From contig OZ024740.1 of the NCBI GenBank assembly GCA_964016885.1, forward strand, positions 4,898,001 through 4,962,000: a DNA stretch of 64,000 nt, given 5' to 3'. Shown here piece after piece: positions 36,254 to 49,164 of this stretch; position 1 is the stretch's first letter; each line of letters starts with the position of its first letter. Below the pieces are notes generated by a model, which did no database searches, was not told the DNA's origin, and saw only the letters and a list, made by a program, of their open reading frames with translations. The DNA is from Eledone cirrhosa (Eukaryota). The position numbers and the translations under genes were made by a program.

Positions 36254-37579
36254 TCATGATCATCATCATCATCATCGTTCAACGTCCATCTTCCACGCTT
36301 GCATATATATATATATTTATATATATACATATATATACATATATATATACATATACACACATATATATATACACATATATACACATATATACATATCCCA
36401 TGCAAGCGTGGAAGATGGACGTTAAATGATGATGATGATGATATATATAATATTAAAGATACTATTTATAGTTATCTATGTATATACTATACTATAAACA
36501 ACTATAAACAGGGAAGGTCAGTAATTTATTACTACCTTATTACCAATAAGATAAATAGCTCAATGTAATAACATCAGGTGTTTTACAGAGCAGTTATATA
36601 GAATTCACAAGTATCACAGTTATGTTTAAAACATTTAATCGCTGACAAACTTAGGCTTGGGGTCCTCAGAGCATTATCAATGTTTGTACATATAATTAAC
36701 CTCCTATTCAACTGAAGAATCATACAGATACATATATATTGATGTTGTGGAAACAGTTTCATGTTTACAGTGTGGAATGGATGCGACATATATTATATTA
36801 TACTATAATTGTACAATAATTCAAATTAAGATTAAAATTAAAATTAAAATTAAAATTAAAATTAAAAGCATAGGGCGGAATACATGCGTCTGATAATACA
36901 GATAATAATGAAATTAGAGAGATAGTACATGCGTTAGTCATATATAAAGGAATGGAACAAGCAAATGTATCATCCATATATGAGTACTGTATGGCAGGGT
37001 ATTACATAAAATACAAGCACTCATATGGACTATCATACATGTAAGGCTGCACCACTGCTAACCAACTATTCTTTTCACAGACTCATGCTTGCAAACTCTC
37101 TTGATCTGCCTGTACACCCTCTTTTTGCACTGCTTGTGCTTTGATGCATCTATGCTTTGCTTTGTCTTATATATTTTTTTTTTGGGGGGGGGGGGGGGGG
37201 AGGTCCGGGCTTTTTGTTCCTTTATTGTTTTGCATTTTTATATTTATCTCTTTACTTATCCTTGTATTTTTGTACTTTTTATTATTTATTTATTATTTTC
37301 TTATTGTTTCTGATCATGCTGAGTAATACCCTCACTCATCCCTTGCTATCCTCCCCCAACCTCTTTATCATCTATTGCACCATTTAAGTGATACATTTTT
37401 GGTGTAATTTTTAATTATTAATTTTTAAATTTTTAAGACATTTTATGACATTATGTGCATCATGTATTCTGCCTTTTTCCATATAGCGCTGGCCTCGGGA
37501 CCCCCCTGCTGGTCCTTTAACCATGTTCTGGTGACGGAGCTCGATGGAGCATGCAACTACTGATATACTCATTTTTATA

Positions 37580-37626
37580 GGCTCTGATGATTCCTGCCAT
37601 GGTGTATGGATGAAAAACTGTCAGCT
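37580..37626 (+). ncRNA. Hammerhead-like motif (GUC site, imperfect stem III) followed by AATAAA
   Basis: GGCT-CTGATGA-TTCC...GGAT-GAAAA ACT GTC-AGCT. Confidence 0.55.
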
Positions 37627-37670
37627 AATAAAAAATGTATTTCTAAGCACTCTTTGGTTATTCCTATAAC

Positions 37671-37723
<53 letters not shown>

Positions 37724-37789
37724 GTATATATATATACATATATATGATAAAGAACACAAGAGCGTCTACAACATCAAAAGATTTTTATT

Positions 37790-37836
37790 GGCTTACAATG
37801 TTTCTTCCTTACGTAACCGTAGGATTCGTCAGAGCT
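37790..37836 (-). ncRNA. Type I hammerhead ribozyme (GUA site) followed by AATAAA
   Basis: Minus strand GCT-CTGACGA-ATCCT ACG gtta CGT AAGGAA-GAAAC ATT GTA-AGC. Confidence 0.7.
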
Positions 37837-38082
37837 ATAAAAGGGGTTTGATTGGTGTTATGGACTCTACCAACCGAACATTCAAGAACAAAGAGTAAAG
37901 AGAGTAAAGAGCAAAAGTAGGGGACGATAAGTCTAATTTTGGTGCGGGAGGGTGGGGTCCTTGTTTACTAGCTGCGGTCATATTCATTCCCGGGAGTCGA
38001 GTGGTTAGCTGAACCATAGATGGGGTGGCGTCGATAGTATGGTGCAGAGGGTGTGCAGAGGCTACACAAACACAAAGGGCAT

Positions 38083-38147
<65 letters not shown>

Positions 38148-39109
38148 CGGAGGAGAAAGTACATGAGGTAATTAGAAATGGAAAAAGAGTAATAATAATA
38201 ATCTATAATTAATAGGGTATAATAAGGCATGGGGAAGATTACACTATAATAAGGTATACAAGTAAGAATAAGGTAAAATATAAAGGAGGATAAAAGTGGA
38301 AATAATAAAGATAAAAAAATAAAGATAAAAAAATAAAAAAAAATATATATATATGTAAAAAAATATATAGAGAATATATGAAGAAATATAAGCGAATATT
38401 TGGAGGGGAAAACACAATTAAAAAAACCCGATTTTTTCAAATAAAAATTAAAATATTATAATTATGGGGGTAGAAAACGGGATAGAGAAATATGATCAAA
38501 TGTGATTAGTTGAGAGAATATAAGATGATAATAGTTATGTCAAGTTTATACATCTTAATAATAAATAATCTGTGTATCAGAGTTACAGAACCTTCAATTC
38601 ACTTACAGGTTCAAGCCACGTGGCATAGTCCGTTGTTTATCTGTGCGGTCATGCGCGTTTGTTTTTGACACCACAGCAGATGCACAAGTTCGTAAATTCC
38701 AATGCAGATAGAAATCTATTTTTGCTCACCGGGACATTGACGGAGGATCCAATATTCCTTGTTCAATATGTGTGTGGTGTTATTTTGGTCGCACAAATCA
38801 ATCACTTGGTTCAATATTATGGAGTATGGTTTTCTGGTCTTCGTAACAGTGTCAGTGGTTGCATATCTCGAAATCACAAGGATCACAGTACTCCGGTTTG
38901 GTGTGATTATCGGTCATCCAGCTATGTTGTTGGTGGTTGGATTCAATTCTATTAGCCCGAACGTTGAACTTTGGTGTCGATAGAACATTAACGAGGCAGG
39001 ATGAGATCGCATCTGTGGTACAAAACGGTACGCAAGGAAATTCTTCGTCTTCGTTTCATCCGGGTCCAGCAGTCACGTGCAAGAACTGCTACGTAGTAAT
39101 TGTGGGGTT

Positions 39110-39440
39110 AATCGGTCAAGTCAGCAACTGACCGAAAATTCTCTTAGGAATTCAGACAGGCATGACAGGCACATTTAGGTCGGCAGCTTCTTTATGTGTA
39201 CGTGTGTCCGACACACACAGACACACATTTATATGTATTTCAACTAAAAAACTCAATTGATTCACCCACTGGAACTACAATCGGTCAAGACAGCAACTGG
39301 CCGAAAATTCCCTTAGGAATTCAGACAGGCATGACAGGTACATTTAGGTCAGCAGGTTCTTTATGTGTACGTGTGTCCGATACACACAGACACATCTCCA
39401 TATGCATTTCAACTCAAAAAGTTCAGTTGATTCGCCTATT
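39110..39440. repeat. ~170-bp direct tandem duplication of unknown origin
   Basis: AATCGGTCAAG...GATTC(A/G)CC occurs twice in tandem. Confidence 0.85.
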
Positions 39441-39992
39441 GATATTATATCTGTGTTGCTCAGATGTGCATGCTGTGGTGTTCTGGTCGTGCATAGCATT
39501 CACTCTGTTTTGCCATTACCTTGGAATGTGATGTTATGGTCATCAATAGTCTGGCAAGCGCATTTCTCTCTTATATTGCGGAGAATGGTGTTCTGGTCCT
39601 CAGTAAACGTTTGGGTCAGCGGGAGGGGTGGTGGTTCTCAGTTTCAACTTTGACAATACATATGTGTTACTCTGCATATCGTGCTCCTCTCAAAGAAGAG
39701 AATTATAGGAGGAATTCGTGCCACACACCACATATAGAGAGGATTTCTACAGAAAAGTATACATACATATTCACATATATACACTCATCATACACTCACA
39801 CATACACACACACACACATACGCATACATACATATATTCACTTACATGTCACATATACACATACACACAATATAATATGCATGCATACAATATACATATA
39901 TATATATATATATATACAATATACATGCTTACAATGCACGCACACATGCATGCATGCATGCACAAACGCACGCACACACACATACATATGTC

Positions 39993-40027
<35 letters not shown>

Positions 40028-40035
40028 AAAGGAGA

Positions 40036-40075
<40 letters not shown>

Positions 40076-40227
40076 ACACATACACACACATACACACACA
40101 CGTAAAAACACCAATCTTGTAGGGGACTGTACCACCCTTAGGGTACCTATCTATCTGGGTTACGGGTTGGGGGAATGGGGGGGGGGGAACTATAGCCTAG
40201 GTGGGGGTGGCGTGATATATGTTACGT

Positions 40228-40745
40228 CTATGTGCTAGGTTTAAAATAGAAGAAGGAACTCAGGATTTTGTGTTGGCAAGAGGAGAAAATTTCCGATTTC
40301 CTGTTAAGCAGGTTCACTTTAGAGTGTATTATGGCATGGCATTCCAGTAAACGCATGTCACAACTTCCGCTCTGCGGTCGGTATGGCGTGGATCTAGTAA
40401 GCTTCCTCCAAAAAAGTTTGTATGGTGTACTATTATTTTTTAAAAAGGAGATGTATACCGCCAGTGAGGTGGCATTCTTATGTCTATCGTGTCTAAATGT
40501 GTATATATGCGCGTTAAATCTAGTTTTAAATGTATTGGACGTTGCTCCTGTATATGTTTTGGTAGAGTTGTGTGTGGTTACGTCACATGCATATACGATG
40601 TTTTTCATGAGGCAATCCCCCCTTAGGGGACAATTACTACTCCGCCTACAATTGCAACTGCGGGTTCGATTAGTTAGCGTACCTCCCGAAGTTTGGTTAC
40701 TAGCATTATCACTAGGTGCCTCTATATCATTAGATGGCCCATTGA
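40228..40745 (-). mobile_element. Penelope-like GIY-YIG endonuclease fragment (second PLE lineage)
   Basis: CNCRRSSNCPLRGDCLMKNIVYAC...KTYTGATSNTFKTRFNAH...LLNRKSEIFSSCQH. Confidence 0.85.
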
Positions 40746-41106
40746 TGCTATTATGTATATATATACACATATATATATATTTATATATATGTGTGTGTGT
40801 ATATATGAGTATATATATATATGTGTGTGTGTATGTGTATATATATATGTGTGTATATATATATTTTTTTTTTTTTAGTATATGTTGGTTGTATACCAAC
40901 ACCTCAGTATGCAGATTGGAGCACTCGACGAAGTGCGCAGGTTGGTTTGGTTACTCCGGAGTAATAAAAATAAAATAAAATAAATAAGTCAAATGATTCC
41001 AGTTCCTCAGTGAAATAACAACCCAACCAGGAACTGGGCATATCAGAGTATTGACAAAGTTAAACACCTCAACAACGTGTGTACTCGTCTCTACCACAAT
41101 AATTCG

Positions 41107-41163
41107 TACTGCCTGAAGAGGTCACAGCCAAAGAGGGCTGTCACCGAAATATATATAACAGTA
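41107..41163 (+). ncRNA. Type I hammerhead ribozyme (AUA site)
   Basis: TACTG(C)-CTGAAGA-GGTCACAGCC...GGCTGTCACC-GAAA TATAT ATA-(A)CAGTA, then AATAAA. Confidence 0.7.
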
Positions 41164-41223
41164 ATAAACGAAGCCAAATTTTAAACATTTGACATATTTA
41201 TTTTATTTTATTTTATTTTATTT

Positions 41224-41361
<138 letters not shown>

Positions 41362-41401
41362 ATATATATATGTGTGTATGTATGTGTGTATGTATATATA
41401 T

Positions 41402-42009
41402 GTCAGGCCACCAGTTGGTGCTACTGGTAACATGTATCCCAGTACAACCTGTCTCATGGTCGGGTCATTGGCGACTAAACTGGCAACCCCACCAAGGTTT
41501 CTTGGTGAGGAGGGTGACTTTGGACATCCTGCAGGTCTAAAAACAAAACCTGTCAAAGGGCAAAGGAGCTCTTAAGAGTCAATGGCCATCCAAAATCACC
41601 GGGAGAGATGACCCCTTAGCCTTTGTCAAGGCAGAATTCTAGGAGAAGGAAAACTCTGATATAACACCTGCAACCCTGATGGTATCCAATGATGTTGACT
41701 TGTACTTCTTTTTGGTAAATATCATCTTTGTTAAGAGAGTGAGACTGGCTTTGTGCAGTGCCTTTGCTCACTATAAATGCTTCACGGCACAGGCATTGCT
41801 TTATATCTGGAGATCTCTCTGCACTTGTCGTCACATGGTACCATGGGCCCGGCACTATGTGTCAATAATTGTCACACGTGCAGTGTTTGTACCAGAGTTT
41901 TCAAGTCGCTGGCTAGACTAAAAAGTCACACTCGTTCAGCGCATCAGTAGGGGTTCTCCTACATGGATACGAAGTAGTGGCCGTACTCGAAAACGAGTTG
42001 GCAGCCACC

Positions 42010-42010
<1 letters not shown>
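41402..42010 (+). mobile_element. Bipartite non-autonomous RTE/BovB-like element (~610 bp)
   Basis: The RTE 5'-UTR-type motif CTAGGAGAAGGAAAACTCTGA is joined to a C2H2-encoding RTE 3' end. Partial copies lie at 27.7, 48.0 and 56.9 kb. Confidence 0.75.
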
Positions 42011-42097
<87 letters not shown>

Positions 42098-42217
42098 GTT
42101 TAACGTCCATCCTCCACGCTAGCATGGGTTTGGACGGGAATTTTCCCACTTGAGGCAAGATTGGCTGTCTTGCTCGTATATATATATATATATATATATA
42201 CGAGCAAGACATATATA

Positions 42218-42264
<47 letters not shown>

Positions 42265-42272
42265 ATATGTGT

Positions 42273-42984
42273 ATGTGTATGTGAATGTGTCCGTTGACAC
42301 CTGGAATATAGCTTATTTTGAACTGGTTTATAGAATTCTCTTGGCCTTTGTCACTCTAAGTAGAGCTTTAAAGAATTAGCTTTTAAAGAATTTCATCCAT
42401 CAACCATGACCGACCCCCAACCATCTTATAGACACCTGAAGTGGATTGGCAGTATCGGTAGAGGGTCGGACGCCATGCTTTGACGTATAGAGTTACGGCC
42501 CTTGCTATTCTGAGTTCAAATCCCGCCGAGGTTAACTTTACCTTTCATCCTTATGGGGTTGATAAAATAAAGTACCAGTAATACACTGGGTAATTGCTGG
42601 CCTTGTGCCAAAAGTAGAAACAATTATTAGCTTAAGAGAAACTTAAAAATAAGGAGTGGCACCCCATTCTGAACTTGTTTATAGAATTCATTCCGCCTTT
42701 GTCACTCTAAATATAAATTATAGCCTTAAAGAATTAGCTTTTAATGAATTCCCTTTTCTTTCAACCAATGACCTCCACCCATCCCACTCCCCACCTTCTC
42801 CTACCACCTGAAAAGATATAAATACCACAACATTTATTTTTGGAAAGCCAGATTCTTGATGATTTCTAAAGAATGAAACAGTTCTAGTCCTGTAGAATCT
42901 CATCTATATTAAAACTTTTATACTCTGCTATCTATTGAGTAGCTTACTTCTGTTGTTACCTCCGATTCAACCCGGAATAACTTA

Positions 42985-42990
<6 letters not shown>
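42273..42990 (+). mobile_element. Composite unit: SINE (42441-42626) + PLE-type terminal repeat with hammerhead (42850-42900, core TTGATGA)
   Basis: Inverted paralog of 22026-22660, flanked by (TG/TA)n tracts. Confidence 0.75.
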
Positions 42991-43041
<51 letters not shown>

Positions 43042-43309
43042 TATTGACGCCCTACATAAATGTACCCTATGCTTTTTCTGAGGAGCTGATTTGCCACGGT
43101 GATACAAAATATTTGTAATTGAATTCTCCGATAAATCCTATTGGACCAGCATTTCTAGATCTTGTTCACTTTTAGGTTGGTGAAACATGTGTCAATTATA
43201 TAATAAATGTTGATCCTCTAACTGTGATGTTGTTATATTCATATTACTTATAATAAATAAATAAATAAATAAATAAATAAATATATAGATATAAATAAAT
43301 AAATAAAAT

Positions 43310-43630
43310 AAAAATGGCATAGACATTACAATACAATGGGAGGGAACATAATAATAGTACCACTGATGATGTTGCAGATGTGCAACGAAAGAACTTTGAT
43401 AGACTATATATATATATTTATATCTGTATTTTTAACCGTTGGTCAGTCAATGATAAACATTAATTACCAAATACTTTAACTATGGAGATATAAAATATAG
43501 AGAAGTGAAAAATAACCAAACAGTGAGTGTGTTCTGTTATTATTTCTGGCAATATTACAACAATATGACCCTCCCCAAGTATAAAAATATTTGTTTAGAC
43601 ACGATTTCATATCAAAAACCTTGCAAAACA
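43310..43630 (+). mobile_element. Solo PLE terminal repeat with hammerhead at 43358-43401
   Basis: CTGATGA-TGTTGCA gatg TGCAAC-GAAAG AA CTT; same repeat as 49165-49440 (-) and 50640-50918 (+). Confidence 0.75.
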
Positions 43631-43773
43631 AATATATATGTATAAGCAAAGAGATATTTAATTTGTTGGTAATTCAACAAATTTATTTATAACAGATTCG
43701 AAGCACTCAACAAATTACCTGGAGTAATATCAATGATATTAACAAATGAAAACTATATTTATATAACCATATT

Positions 43774-43835
43774 TATTTTATTATATATATTTCAAGGGTA
43801 CCAAAAACTTTGGTACGCCCTCATCAGATAAAATA
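43774..43835 (-). ncRNA. Type I hammerhead ribozyme (AUA site), left arm of palindrome
   Basis: Minus strand TATTTTAT-CTGATGA-GGGCGTACC...GGTACCCTT-GAAA TATAT ATA-ATAAAATA. Confidence 0.78.
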
Positions 43836-43922
43836 CAAAATTTGTTTTATACTATCCAAACGGAACCTGAATCGATAAGGTCTGGTTTCTGGGGTATATC
43901 ACTATTTATAAAACAAATTTTG

Positions 43923-43984
43923 TATTTTATCTGATGAGAGCGTACCAAAGTTTTTGGTACCCTTGAAATATATATAATAAAATA
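43923..43984 (+). ncRNA. Type I hammerhead ribozyme (AUA site), right arm of palindrome
   Basis: Perfect 8-bp stem I TATTTTAT/ATAAAATA around CTGATGA...GAAA. Confidence 0.78.
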
Positions 43985-44076
43985 AATATGGTTTTATAAA
44001 TATAGTTTCCGTTTATTTATATCATTGATATATATATGTATATATATACATACATACATATATATATATACATATA

Positions 44077-44413
44077 TGGCTAAGTAGTTAGAGCATTGGC
44101 TTTGCAATCGAAAGGTTGTGAGTTCAATTCTCAGACCGGGTGATGTGTTGTTTCCTTGAGCAAGACACTTTATTTCACATTGCTCCAGTTTACTCAGCTG
44201 TAGAAATGAGATGATAGGGACTGAGGTCCATATCATTCCACTGCAAAGTGGTCGTGGAGCTGCCACGGCTAAAAAACACCCAGCACTCACTGTAAATGAG
44301 GTTGGTGTTAGGAAGGGCATCCAGCTGTAGAAATCAAGCCAGAATCAGTTCCCGTCTCACCCTTGCAAGCAGGGAAAAGCGGACGTAAAATGAAATGATG
44401 AAATGAAATGATG
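44077..44413 (+). mobile_element. CORE-type tRNA SINE with RTE-derived tail
   Basis: A-box TGGCTAAGTAG, B-box GAGTTCAATTC, CORE-like CCTTGAGCAAGACACTT...CAGCTGTAGAAATGAG; the 3' end GCAAGCAGGGAAAAGCGGACGTAAAATGA is shared with the RTE copies. Confidence 0.8.
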
Positions 44414-44992
44414 ATATATATACACAACAAGCTACAACATTTTCCCGCACATGACATTGGTCAACCCATGTTTATAATAGAAGATACTTTCTCGGGTGGG
44501 CTACAAACAATGTAGTGGGATTGAACCCCCCAAAATATGCTGTTAAACGAACTTCTTAACCGCACAGCTATACAGGCATTATACAAACTTACAAAACACA
44601 ACTGTGAAGTGTCATCTCAAACCTTACGTATTTAGTTTAAGAGAAAAGACATGAAAAACTTCAAGAAGGTTGTGTAACAGCTGTAGAAAAGACAGTAAGG
44701 TGTTGAATTTGTTTAGACAATCAATACAATAATGTTTTTAGTGGCAGTCTTCGTCTTCTAGAACATTGCTGACATAAAAAGAAAACATTTGAAAGAAGGA
44801 AAAGATAGTGAAGTGTTAATAAATCCTGATGAAAAGAAAAAGCTAGATCTAATGTCAAGATTTCAGAGATGTACTGTTTGTTGGTTTGTCTACTTTTCTG
44901 TGGGTTTGTTTCTTTGTGTTTTTGTTGGTTGATTTGAAATTGATTGTTGGAACTGAAACAATTATATTGTGAAAGAATCACTGAATACAAAT

Positions 44993-45358
44993 ATACTGTT
45001 ATATATATATACAACATAAATACAACATAAATGTTATATATATATATACTGTTATATATATATATACAACATAAATACAACATAAATACAACATAAATAC
45101 AACATAAATACAACATAAATGTTATATATATACTGTTATATATATATACAACATAAATTCAACATAAATGTTATATATATATATATATATATATACTGTT
45201 ATGTATATATACAACATAAATACAACATAAATGTTATATATATACTGTTATATATATATACAACATAAATTCAACATAAATGTTATATATATATATATAT
45301 ATATACTGTTATGTATATATACAACATAAATACAACATAAATGTTATATATATATATA
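44993..45358. repeat. AT-rich minisatellite built from ACAACATAAAT units and TA runs
   Basis: Direct reading. Confidence 0.85.
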
Positions 45359-45510
45359 TAGCATGGCCTCAGCTCCTGGACTGGAATACAAATAAATAAA
45401 TAAATAAATAAATATATATATGTGAGACCCGGGTTCAATGAAGGGTAACCACAGTAAGTAAGGTACTCAATACATTAGTAAATTGTAAACATCATGTTTA
45501 ATATAGAAAT

Positions 45511-45621
45511 GGCTTCTACAGGACTAGAACTGTTTCATTCAAAATAAATCATCAGGAAAACCAACAGTTGGCTTTCCTGATGATTTCTTTTGAATGAAAC
45601 AGTCCTAGTCCTGTAGAAGCC
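45511..45621. ncRNA. Head-to-head pair of type I hammerheads (45511-45562 minus; 45570-45621 plus; GUA sites)
   Basis: GGCTTTC-CTGATGA-TTTC tttt GAAT-GAAACAG...CTGTA-GAAGCC and its inverted copy, 7 nt apart. Confidence 0.78.
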
Positions 45622-45699
45622 ATTTCTATATTAAACCTGATATATGTATGACCACAGAAAACAAGCGCTAGCAAATTCTGGGAGTGCTTCGTAGAAACA

Positions 45700-46550
45700 G
45701 TAGCCAGCATCTGTTACCTAGGTGACCAAATTAGCAGCGGGGTGGGTGTTCTGAAAGTACAGTAGCCAGGGTAAGAACGGGGTGGAAGAAGTTCAGGGAG
45801 CTACTGTCACTGCTGGCTACAAAAGGCTTTTTCCTCAAAATGAAAGGCAGACTGTATGATGCGTGTATACGAATAGCAATGTTACATGGTAGTGAGACCT
45901 GGGTGTTGTCTGTAGAAGACTTGCGTAGATTACAGAGAAACGAAGCCTGCATGCTCCAATGGATGTGTAATAGTAATATACGCGAACGGACAAAGCATAA
46001 ACGAACTGAGAGAGAGACTGAGCATGAGAGGAATCAAATGCTGTGCGCAGGAGAGGAGGTTACGTTGGTATGGACATGTGATGCCTATGAAGGATGACAG
46101 CTGCATAAAAACGTGCAGAGCACTCAAAGTTGAAGGAAGCCTTGGAGTGGGGAGACCCAGGAAGACTTGGCATGAGGTGATACAAGCTGACCTTACTCAA
46201 TTGCACCTCTCAAAGGCGATGGCACAGGACCAAGATCTCTGGTGTTATGCAGTAATACAGAAGACCTGACTTACCACGGGCACAGGCCGAAGCCGATGCA
46301 TATATACAATATACCCCACCCCACCCTACCCTTCCAGTGTAAAGTGGTCATGTAGGTGTCTGTTCAAAAAGCACTCAGTCCACACTGTAAATGCAGTTGG
46401 TGTTAGGAAGGGCATCCAGCTGTAGAAACCAAGCTAAAATTAGTTCTGTAGGAGCAAGACTTGATCACCTGACCTAGCATTGCCCACAACAGGACAACTC
46501 GTCTAACCCATGCTAGCGTGGAAGAATGAACATAAAACGGTGATGATGAT
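45700..46550 (+). mobile_element. RTE LINE 3' portion
   Basis: MLHGSETW, RRLRWYGH, GRPRKTW; 3' UTR motif GGTGTTAGGAAGGGCATCCAG; (ATG)n. Confidence 0.88.
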
Positions 46551-46577
46551 ATATATAATGTGTGTGTGTATCTGTGT

Positions 46578-46633
<56 letters not shown>

Positions 46634-46638
<5 letters not shown>

Positions 46639-47449
46639 AGTAAGTAAGACCCCGACGGCTGAGCTCAAGCCGTTTCGACGGCTAATTCTGTACTCAATGA
46701 GTACAGAATTAGCCGTCGAAACGGCTTGAGCTCACCCGTCGGGGTCTTACTTACTCCTATTACCCACTCTACTACCCTAAGTATTGAGTACTTTGGTGCG
46801 TTATGGTCCACCTGGTTCCTTACCACTTTTCCTTCGCTATATATATATATATATATATAATGTGTGTGTGTATCTGTGTGACTATATATATATATATAAT
46901 GTGTGTGTGTATCTGTGTGACTATATATATATATATGTGTAGGAAAAGAATCAGGACCCCGACGGCTGAGCTCTGGCTGTTTCAACAGCTAGATCTGAAC
47001 TAAGCCAGTAATATTAGGATAGTGGGGATCTAGCTGAACTTATGAAGGGCTACAGTCCATATATGGGCATGCAGTCAACCCCAAAAAGCAGAAATAGTGG
47101 AACTGGGATGTTGTTTGTAGCAAAGCTACGCCAGTGCCTTACTTCAATAATACCCACCATGCGAAAATGCATAATCGACTTTTCTACGAAAAACATCCCA
47201 GTTCCACCGAGAATATTTCTGCGTTTTTATTTTGACTGCATGCCCATATATGGACTGTAGCCCTTGTATTCAGTTGAGCTAGATCCCCGCTGTCCTAATA
47301 CTGCTGGCTTAGTTCAGATCTAGCTGTCAAAAAGGCCGGAACACAGCCGTCGGGGTCCTGATTCTTTTCTTATTATCCACTCTACTACCCTAAACATCGA
47401 GTACTCTGATGTGTTGTGGTCCACCTGGTATCTTACCACATTTTCTTTG

Positions 47450-47450
<1 letters not shown>
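46634..47450. repeat. Two foldback elements of one family (palindromes 46634-46760 and 46941-47370)
   Basis: Arms begin (A/G)ACCCCGACGGCTGAGCTC and end GCCGTCGGGGTC. Further copies lie at 48911-49107, 50973-51030 and 56670-56800. Confidence 0.85.
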
Positions 47451-47521
<71 letters not shown>

Positions 47522-47525
<4 letters not shown>

Positions 47526-47627
47526 GTTTCTACTTTTGGCACAAGGCCAGCAATAACCCAGTGCATTACTGGTACTTTATTTTATCGTCCCTGTAAGGAT
47601 GAAAGGCAAAGTTAACCTCGGCGGGAT
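47522..47627 (-). mobile_element. tRNA-SINE 3' half
   Basis: Reverse match to 1560-1664. Confidence 0.8.
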
Positions 47628-48409
47628 GTGTGTGCATGTGTATCTGTGTGTCTCTCTCTCTATATATATGAAGTGTTTCTGTAGGAAAGGTAAAGGAGAG
47701 AAGAATGCTCTATGTAGACTACAGAGCTTTTTAGTTATGTAATAAACAACATAAGATAATTATTTCATTTACCAAAGGTTTCACGAAGATAGACGAGCCT
47801 GACACATACGTCTGACTTCGGTCATAAGTGGTTGGTGTTAGGAAGGGCATCCAGCCGTAGAAAACCTACCAGACAGTCCTATACGAGCAAGACGACCAAT
47901 CTTGCCTCAAGTGGGACAATTCCCGTCTAAACCCATGCTAGTGTGGAAGATAGACGTTAAACGATGATGATGATGATAATGAAGGACCCTTAGCCTTTGT
48001 CAGGGCATTCTTCTCAGGAAACTGGGATAACTCTGACATAAAACCTGCAGCTCAGTAGTTACCGATGATGTTGATCTTTTCTTCTTTTCAGTTATGGCTA
48101 CTGTCGCTCAGCGAGTGGGATTGGCTCAGTGCACAGTCTTTCCTCACTTTAAAAAAAATCTTCACGCACAGGCATTGCACGATAGAATTAATTAATAATT
48201 ATTAATAATGGTATATCGTGCAATGGCCATATTCAATAATGAGGGGGCAGCCATCATATATATATATGTATACATACACACACACACACACATATTATTA
48301 CACAAAAGGACAACTCATTTAACCAGTGCTAGCATGGTAAAAAGGATGTTGAACAGTGATGATTATGATGATGATATATATATATATACATATATATATG
48401 TATATAATG

Positions 48410-48490
<81 letters not shown>

Positions 48491-48751
48491 ATTTCTACAG
48501 CTATTACATCATGTCATATTGGTGCTGTCGTAAACAAGTAGAGTGTCAATTAAAAATAGTTTACAGCCACAATAGGATCTATTCCAGGAAAGAAATGAAA
48601 CTGATATAATTAGAGTTCATGTTTAGATATGGCAGCTATAACAGAAATTTCTCTATAGTGATATATAGAGATGTATCTTGTAAATATACACATATATAAA
48701 GTCTTGCTAGCAGGGAATATGGCTATTAAATGGTAACGATGATGATGCTGT

Positions 48752-48806
<55 letters not shown>

Positions 48807-49103
48807 CAAACATACATGCATACACACATATAGAAATATGTATTCATACAACATACATATATATGTATTCAAAGATACATACATTCATACATACATATAT
48901 ATATATATAACGAAGGAAATGTGGTAAGCAACCATAACGCACCAAAGTACTCAATACTTAGGGTAGTAGAGTGGGTAATAGGAACGAGTAGGACCCCGAC
49001 GGCTGAGCTCAAGCCGTTTCGACGGATAATTCTGGACTAAAAAAAAAAAAAAAAAATTACCCGTCGAAACGGCTTGAGCTCAGCCGTCGGGGTCCTACTC
49101 GTT

Positions 49104-49156
<53 letters not shown>

Positions 49157-49164
49157 ATATATAT

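Noticed and set aside
38590-39110. Cys-rich minus-strand peptide fragments resembling a gag zinc knuckle, and a GTAAGT donor near 38605
   Set aside because: The reading frames are interrupted by stops and the motif is incomplete. It cannot be assigned without a database search.
41402-41520. HDV-like ribozyme at the 5' end of the bipartite RTE element
   Set aside because: P3- and P4-like hairpins are visible, but I found no correctly ordered P1/P2 pairing.
43078-43200. Degenerate hammerhead-like remnants (also near 24660, 29320, 36650, 47780, 51990, 52375, 53590)
   Set aside because: Core nucleotides are missing or stem I is unpaired. They are probably decayed relatives and were not counted as ribozymes.
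44628-44680. Possible 53-nt minus-strand exon (ttttctacag|...|gtaagg)
   Set aside because: It has splice-like signals only, with no homology to Epac; such pairs arise by chance in long introns.
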